Source: Eledone cirrhosa (taxonomy: Eukaryota). From it: a DNA stretch of 64,000 bases. Below, piece by piece: positions 55,429-64,000 of the stretch. The notes beneath the pieces were generated by a model. The model saw only the letters and a program-made list of their open reading frames with translations, searched no databases and was not told the DNA's origin. A program made the position numbers and the translations under genes. How positions within the stretch are numbered: the stretch's first letter is position 1; the number at the start of each line of letters is the position of its first letter. The stretch is from NCBI GenBank assembly GCA_964016885.1, contig OZ024742.1, positions 171,368,001 through 171,432,000 on the forward strand, given 5' to 3'.

Positions 55429-56107
55429 CACACATACACATATACATTTGTCTATATATATATATATGTATATATATATGTATGTATGTGTATGTGTGTG
55501 TACGCGTATCTTTATGTGTTTGGGTTGGGTGGGGTGTATGTGTGTGTAGCATGTCTAGTTAATTTCGTTTTTGATTTTCTGCTAATCTTACTTTCTTTCT
55601 GAGAATTTAAGTGAAAAATTAAATACATGCAATAGAGTGCACTGTTTATAGGAGAACGAGAAAGCAGACATTCATACATAAATGTATACCCTCGTGTGAA
55701 TATGTGTGTACATATCTAGGCCTATTTATGGCTTACTCTAATTTTACTGCATTCTTTAATTTTACTGATATTGGTGTTGTTGTTACCTTTTGAATATCAT
55801 TTTATATGTATTTCCTTCTCTCCTAACTGCCGTTCTCATCCTCTCTCTCTTTCTCTCTTTCCCTCTCTCTTACATCTCTCAAACTATTTCCCTCTCTCTC
55901 TCTCTTACTCTCTCTCTCTTTCTCTCTCTTATCTCATCTCTTTTCACCTCCTTCACTTTTACTTTTCCAACCTCCCTCGATCTCCACCCTCATCCCCAAC
56001 TTTTTAAGATTCGCTTAATTTTGCAATTTTGCTTTCGTTACACATACACATACAACTACTCAATACATGCCTGCGTATGTTTATGTATAAGTTTATGTAT
56101 AAGTGTG

Positions 56108-56192
<85 letters not shown>

Positions 56193-56195
56193 GTG

Positions 56196-56228
<33 letters not shown>

Positions 56229-56318
56229 ATGCGTGTGTGTCTTTGTTTGTGAATGTGCTTGTGTTTTACATCAGTCTCTCTTGATACATATATGTATATG
56301 TCAGTCCCTGTCTGTCTC

Positions 56319-56417
<99 letters not shown>

Positions 56418-56623
56418 GTATGTAATACGCAAATGCATTTTAAAGTTTATATATATATATATTCTTATTTGTGTGCGCGTATATGTGTGATTGGGTTCAA
56501 AATGTTGACAAATTTTAAGTTTCAAATTTAATGTTGTTAAAAGTAGATATAGGTGTGTTGGGAACAAGAATCTTGTAAATAACGTTTCTGCATTCATAAA
56601 AATATATATATATGTATGAATAT

Positions 56624-56751
<128 letters not shown>

Positions 56752-56949
56752 TAAAATAACAGATTAAAGTTTAAGAAAAGAATCGCTGCTTTCACCCTTG
56801 ACGGGTTCTTCTGAAACTAACAAAGTCAATCTGTAAACGCAGAAGTGGATATTTCAAAAAACGTTGCAACCGGAGGAAGACAAGAAGACGATACTTTGGT
56901 TTGTGGAAACGTTCGCTGGATTTTAGTCTTCAAATTTATTATTATTACT

Positions 56950-57032
<83 letters not shown>

Positions 57033-57303
57033 GTAAAATATATATATATATATATATAACAGTAAAAAACTGGAGGGTTATATCTGTAGTAGAGCACTCA
57101 GTCCATGGGACTGAGTGGATCCGCATAAGGTCAAGCATTTGTTCTCGGTATGGTGAACTAACTGTTGTGGAACTACTTCTATATATGTGTATATATATGT
57201 ATATATGTATATATATGTATATATATGTATATATGTATATATGCATATATATATATATATATGTATATATATGTATATATATGTATATATATGTATATAT
57301 ATG

Positions 57304-57393
<90 letters not shown>

Positions 57394-57437
57394 CACAATA
57401 TTAATAAATGGAAACTATATTTATAAAACCATATCTA

Positions 57438-57498
57438 TTTCATTATATATATTTCAAGGATACCAAGTTAAATCATGGTATGCCTTCATCAGACAAAT
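57438..57498 (-). ncRNA. Type I hammerhead ribozyme (family H variant)
   Basis: Minus strand: tttgt-CTGATGA-aggcatacca..tggtatcctt-GAAA-tatata-TA-atgaa. Stem II pairs better than in the 39 kb copies. Confidence 0.65.
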
Positions 57499-57591
57499 TA
57501 CAATATATAACAGTTTTACAAATAGATATTGACGTACCCTTTCAAAAAGGTAAGGTGACCGTTGTTTTTGGAGGCCATCCGGATAGTGGTT

Positions 57592-57627
<36 letters not shown>

Positions 57628-57629
<2 letters not shown>

Positions 57630-57829
57630 AACCAGTAAGACCCCGACAGCTGAGCTCAAGCCGTTTCGACGGCTAATTCTGGACTGAATCCAGTCCAGAA
57701 TTAGCCGTCGAAACGGCTTGAGCTCAGCTGTCGGGGTCTTACTGGTTCCTATTACCCACTCTACTACCTCAAGTATTGAGTACTCTGGTGCGTTATGGTC
57801 CACCTGGTTCCTTACCACATTTCCTTCGT

Positions 57830-57830
<1 letters not shown>
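57628..57830 (+). mobile_element. Family A element, longest copy (about 122-bp palindrome plus tail)
   Basis: 57628-57749 is a near-perfect inverted repeat with a 4-nt loop. It contains gccgtc-GAAA-cggct..agctg-TC-ggggtc, a hammerhead 3' half. Confidence 0.85.
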
Positions 57831-57874
<44 letters not shown>

Positions 57875-58401
57875 TGAGCAGGAGGTACAAAATCCCGACC
57901 TCGCTGCCAAGTTGTCTTGGCTTCTGTGTTCAACTACCCATTCCAGGGGTGGAATAATATGCACACACACACACACACATGTACAGCACATTCATACATG
58001 CACACATGCATATCCATGTGCACTCACAAACACTCACTCACGCACACAAACACACATATATATATATGTATGTGCTGTTACACTTTGGCTTGTCATGTTT
58101 CTAATATAAACATACTCAACACTGCAATTTATTTTGGTTTTATTATCAATCAGATAACTAACCCACTCCTTTGTAAATTTAGTAACCGGATGGTTATTAC
58201 TTCGTTAAAGGACTTTTGCCACAAATTCTCTGACATTCTCAATCATTACTTTTGTCCTAATGTTTCCAACCTATTGATCTTGGTTTATTTACCCGATATT
58301 TTCTTTCTGGAGTACATAAAACAAAAAGAAACTTAGTGAACTACCATCTTACGTCGCTAATATAGCATAATTACTTTGTAAAAAAATGAATAAATGAAAT
58401 G

Positions 58402-58456
<55 letters not shown>

Positions 58457-58799
58457 ATACAATAACAGAGAAAGGTTTAAGCTAAACTCTGACTGGTAAC
58501 CATCTCACTCAACAAAACATTAGGATATACGTTAGTATAATCCCAATTTTGTGTTTGGGGTGCTAACTATATGTATTTTGTGGAAAGCCAGTTGTATTAT
58601 TTTATATGAGATATAATTAAAATTAAAATATATCTCTCTTTCCAAACAATTGTTTCATTATAAGTTTTCTACAAGTTGGGAGAATGTTTCCGGTTTATGT
58701 AGAAGCCTACATATTTTTCTGTAGTGTATATTGGTAGCTATGGTGCTTCCGTAGGCGGTATGGCAAAATTAGCATTCGATATTCATCAGAGTAGAGTGT

Positions 58800-59265
58800 A
58801 GGAATTAACAAAAAAAACGAAAAATCAGTGGTGCATCTGGACTTATTTTATTTCGTGTTACAATTGTTTCCCCGACAGGTATCTCGAGTCATGGTCCTTG
58901 TATGGATCTGGCTAATTCTACTTCTGCGGGTTCTTTCAGACTCGTCTGCTATGTTCGGAGCAAATTTTAGTGATAAAATTTGCTCCGGACATAGCAGACG
59001 ATGGATGATTTCGGGTTGATAGAAACCTATCGAACGTATTGCAAAATATCGTTCGATATGTGCAGGTCAGTTGTTTAACCTGATTAGTTTCTTAGTTGTT
59101 TTCGGTATTGTGTGGCTAGGTCTGTCTGCCGCAATTTTCAATTTATCAAGCTGTCTAAACATGTTATTACTCTAAGGCCCTTATTGAGTTCTCTGCTGTT
59201 CATTCCTAATTGTAGGTCGTTTTGCTTGGCCACAGCCAAAGCTTCGACTTTACTAAGCTTCCACT

Positions 59266-59268
<3 letters not shown>
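58800..59268 (-). mobile_element. Probable PLE 3' end with an internal 59-bp hairpin (58943-59001)
   Basis: Homologous to 39631-39810 and 6245-6617. Confidence 0.55.
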
Positions 59269-59332
<64 letters not shown>

Positions 59333-61564
59333 CTATATATATATGGGCAGACACACAGACACACAGACATACATGCGCACACAAACGGACACACACACAC
59401 AACACACAAAAAGGAACGTATATATGTGTGTATATAGTTTGTCTGTAAGTTAGTAGGCAAGTAAAAGTCAAATGGCTACATTCAAAATATTCAAGAAATA
59501 CTTTATGACAGAAAAGCAAAAATCAAAAGCAGACGTTAAGAGATATAAAAAGGAAAATATTGGCTGAAGTCTCAAATAATTCTGACATTACATTTTCCTC
59601 ACTGCAATTGTATTAGAGGAAGAACAATAGAAACAAAAACCAACTAAATTATGCCACTAACTTGCCAGAAATTGAATCTCTAATCTCTAATATAAAAAAA
59701 TAACATTCTAGCCAAAATCTGGGATCGATAACATATTTAGATGTATGAATGTGGAGAATATCTATTTTTGGAAAGCTCATGGAAATTAAAACCCTAGAAA
59801 TTTCCAGCATTCTGATCTTATACATTTGTGAATAAAATGGTAATATTTCTTTCATTCAACTATTTATATTTATTCATAGATTATTATATACAGACGCACG
59901 CGCGAACCTACCCACATACACATGCACGCAGGCACAACCACCCATCCATCCACACACAAATACACACACACATATATATTATATATACATATATATATAT
60001 ATAGATACATATATACATACATATATATATATATACACACACATATATATATATATATATGTATACTATCGTAAATCCGTGAGTTTAGGGAGTTTGCTGA
60101 AAATCAGAATTGTTACTAACTGTTGTTTGTCATGTTCCCCAGTATTTTTGCCACCTTCATTCGTGTTCTGTTCCACTTCCTCTCGTTTAATTACATTTGA
60201 TTTATCAGTATCTCAACACAAACCGTATTTTCTCATCTCTCTGACTTTGCGTTCTCTCTTTCTCTTCCTTTTCCACCATTCTATCACTTTATATTCATAA
60301 CAAATCTTTATTATATTATATTATATATGTGTCATTATTTTAACAACTTTAATTGAAGTGCAGTATTGTTTAATAAGATTTGACATATTTATACATCTGT
60401 TTAAAATCTTCAATTATTTCTTAATTGTCTATAAAACATCAGTCTGCTTAAGAAAATATAGAAATTAGAGAAGGCAAACCTACGCAATGTGTAAATGGAA
60501 TTGGAAACTGGTGATTGCTTCCGAGAGCTCTTGGGGACTAGACACGTACTTCTCACCACAAAAGAAATAAGAGATGTGTACTTTTATTGATACCCTCCTT
60601 CTTCCGAAGAAATGCTTACTGATCCCACGGGTGGATCTCATTCCCGAGCGCATTCCCTACCATCTGCGAATTTGAAAAGCTGTTACATTTGTAGCCTGAG
60701 AGAAGAGAGAGCTCTGAGTGGTTTTATGTTGGCGGAAAATTCTTGGGTTTCGTGTTGAATCTGCAAGTTGAGGAAACATATATATTTTCACTGATCATGC
60801 TAGAAGTAGCAACCCAAGTTTCCTCCAAGCACATTATACTCTCTTAAAAGTCGTTAAATTATATAACTCGGTTTTATGAATCAGGATGCAAACTACAAAA
60901 GAAGTAATATTACTGCCATCAAATCTTCAATAATACGGGTTCCAGATCAAGGCGGAACTGCTCCTTAACCAAGTCAGTTCGAGTGTCACAGACGCCGAAT
61001 ATATATTTCTCAAACCATAAACATTTCATCTGATCAGCAGTTTAGTTCCGGGGTGTTTAATAATGTGAACCATCTTTGAGATGGAAATAGAGTTAAAATA
61101 TAAAATTATCCATTGCAATTCTCCAGACTCTTCAATATTGTGATTTATAACAATGAGTTCAAATCACTCCGGAATAGAGCATTCATTTCATCCATCCGCT
61201 CCAAATAAAAATAGTGATAATATATAATGTTCAGTTGAAACACAGAGCACTTTAACAAAAACATTGTTGGCCTACTGCCTATGTGATAGATTTCATTATA
61301 TCAGTTTCACAGATATTTCCAGAAAATTGACAAATATTAGCTCTGTGTTAGTGGCAAAGTGTTAGAGAGATTTATACGGAAAAGGGATTCCTCAACAGTG
61401 AAAACATAGAAAGATGTAATCATAGAAATGACTTGAAGGAGTTATACATACTATTTTAGTTTGGCCACTATTTATAATACAAACATAGAAATATATATAC
61501 ATAAACGTATATATCTATATATCTATCAATCTCACTCCCCCCACCCTCTCTCTCTCTCTCTCCC

Positions 61565-61599
<35 letters not shown>

Positions 61600-62361
61600 A
61601 AATCTACATTGATAGATACATACATAAAATCATACCTACATATGTAATACACACACACAGACACACACATATTTTGTGTGTATATATATATATATATACA
61701 TTCTTAGATGTATGAATGGATATATATGTGTGTATGTGTATGATATATATATATATATATGTGTGTGTGTGAGTGTCTATACATACAAATACATGCTCAA
61801 TCGTATTCATACGCACACATACGCACACGCACGCATACACACACACGCACACACACACACATACACACACATATATATATACGAAATTGTTATAGATGCT
61901 TGTTATACATTCGAGGAGCAATACGACGTATATGGACATTTGAATTAATTACTAAATAAGAAAATGAAAAATGCTCGGGATATTTGCAAGCAACTGCAAA
62001 TATCTCCTTTTGTAATAGTTATTAATTTGATTTCCATACAAAGCTTGTTTTTCTTGCTTACGGTCACGTTACTACACCATAGATGAAGTTCAAATTAGAT
62101 TTATGGATATATATCTTTACATTTACACCATTTCCCTTCAGCTACCGTTGATTTGTATATTGCTTGTTCTATTTTTGTTTTGTTTCTTGTCATTCTTCAC
62201 AATTTTTTGTCCCCTTCACTTACATTCATCCATTGCCTCTATAGTCATTTCCCTGCATATCTTCGTTTATACAAATACGCAATACCATGTATGCATATAT
62301 ACATACGCACAAACACCTATACATATAATATATATATATATATATATCCATATATATATAT

Positions 62362-62439
<78 letters not shown>

Positions 62440-62469
62440 ATATATATTTATATATATATGGATATATAC

Positions 62470-62583
<114 letters not shown>

Positions 62584-62678
62584 AATGAAGTAATACCGTC
62601 GGAAAGGTCCAGGAAAAAGAGTGCTCTATGTAGGTTACATAGCTTAATAGTTATGTAATAAACAACACAAGGCAATTA

Positions 62679-62739
62679 TTTCATTTACCAGTGGTTTCTT
62701 GAAAGCAAACAAATTTTGTTTTCAATCATCAGAATGAAA
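62679..62739 (-). ncRNA. Type I hammerhead ribozyme
   Basis: Minus strand: tttcatt-CTGATGA-ttgaaa acaaa a tttgt ttgc tttcaa-GAAA-cca c tgg-TA-aatgaaa. All three stems are intact; lies in a ~250-bp element (62585-62840) between microsatellites. Confidence 0.82.
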
Positions 62740-63048
62740 AAATCTTGCTGTATTTATTGGCATTGGATTTTAAAAACAAAAATATTATCTATATGAAAGT
62801 TAGGCTGCAAAAGGAAGAAACAAAGGAAAAATAAACACACACATGCACACACACACACACACAATTACATACACACAGATATATACATACACATATATAA
62901 TTACATACATATACACATATATATACATACATACACATATACATACACGTACAAATACACATACATATAGATATACATACATACACAAATATATATCAAC
63001 ATTTCCATACATACACATACACACAAATACACAAACACACATATACAC

Positions 63049-63137
<89 letters not shown>

Positions 63138-63138
<1 letters not shown>

Positions 63139-63287
63139 GATATTAATAAATGGAAACTATATTTATAAAACCATATTTATTTCATTATACATATTTCAAG
63201 GACACTCCAAATATTTGTTGAGTGCTTTATATCAGTTATAAAAATATTTGCTTGTTGTATCCCAACAATTTAAATAGAACTTTTACT

Positions 63288-63290
<3 letters not shown>
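63138..63290 (+). mobile_element. Family H element (inverted arm fused to tail, HHR core deleted)
   Basis: Same outer ends as 39164-39597. Confidence 0.75.
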
Positions 63291-63368
<78 letters not shown>

Positions 63369-64000
63369 ATATATATATATACACATACACATAATCATAC
63401 ATATATCCACACGTACATACACACACATACATACACATATATACACGCATACATACGCATACATATAGATATATGTACACACACCTACATACGCACACAC
63501 ACAATTAATTATAAGAAAAAATATAATAATAAAAATACCGTCACATAAGAATAACAAAATAAATGTAAAAATTATTATAAAGTTGACATATATATATATA
63601 TGTATATATATAGACATATATATATATATATATTTATACCTTATCTTCGTCTCTAGACATTTTTACTAAAGCCGCCCCTTATTATAAGCCCTTAATAACA
63701 GCGGATTTACAGAACACATTAATTATTTACCTACTCCTCCTCCTACAACTAACCACAATAATAGGAAAAGGAAAATTATTTGGTTTACACACCCCTTCTT
63801 TTTAACTGTCAAAACTAATGTATGAAGGAAATTCCGTGACCTCTTAGACAAACATTTTCCTCCTAATCATAGATATTATAAGATATTTAATAGAAATGTA
63901 GTTAATATAAGTTACTCTTGCTGCCCATCAATCTAGGTCTAAAATCACTAATTCTAATCGTACGAGAATAAATCCAGGATGCAGTTGCAGGAAGCCGGAT

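Overview
Eukaryotic, very AT-rich, microsatellite-saturated genomic DNA with (TA)n, (CA)n, (TATC)n and (TTC)n arrays. The repeat landscape resembles an octopus/cephalopod genome, but that is inferred. Most listed ORFs are microsatellite translation artefacts. The only host-gene sequence I can support is one minus-strand exon (44270-44403) encoding the start of a Dpr/IgLON-like Ig domain, so most of the window is probably intron. The rest is retroelement debris: a Tx1/L1-clade LINE serially inserted in (TATC)n, three Penelope-like elements (PLEs) with RT and/or GIY-YIG remnants, RTE and R4/Dong fragments, tRNA-derived SINEs and a possible gypsy relic. The main hidden signal is a dense set of type I hammerhead ribozymes (HHRs), about a dozen plausible and about ten degenerate or half copies from at least 8 families, carried by short elements embedded in (TA)n. 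These include a retrozyme-like tandem (two 440-bp direct repeats, each with a rare U3-A8 covariant HHR, predicting a 595-nt self-excised RNA) and many fold-back palindromes that appear to nucleate at ribozyme stems or at (TA)n hairpins. All RNA folds were paired by eye and none has been tested.
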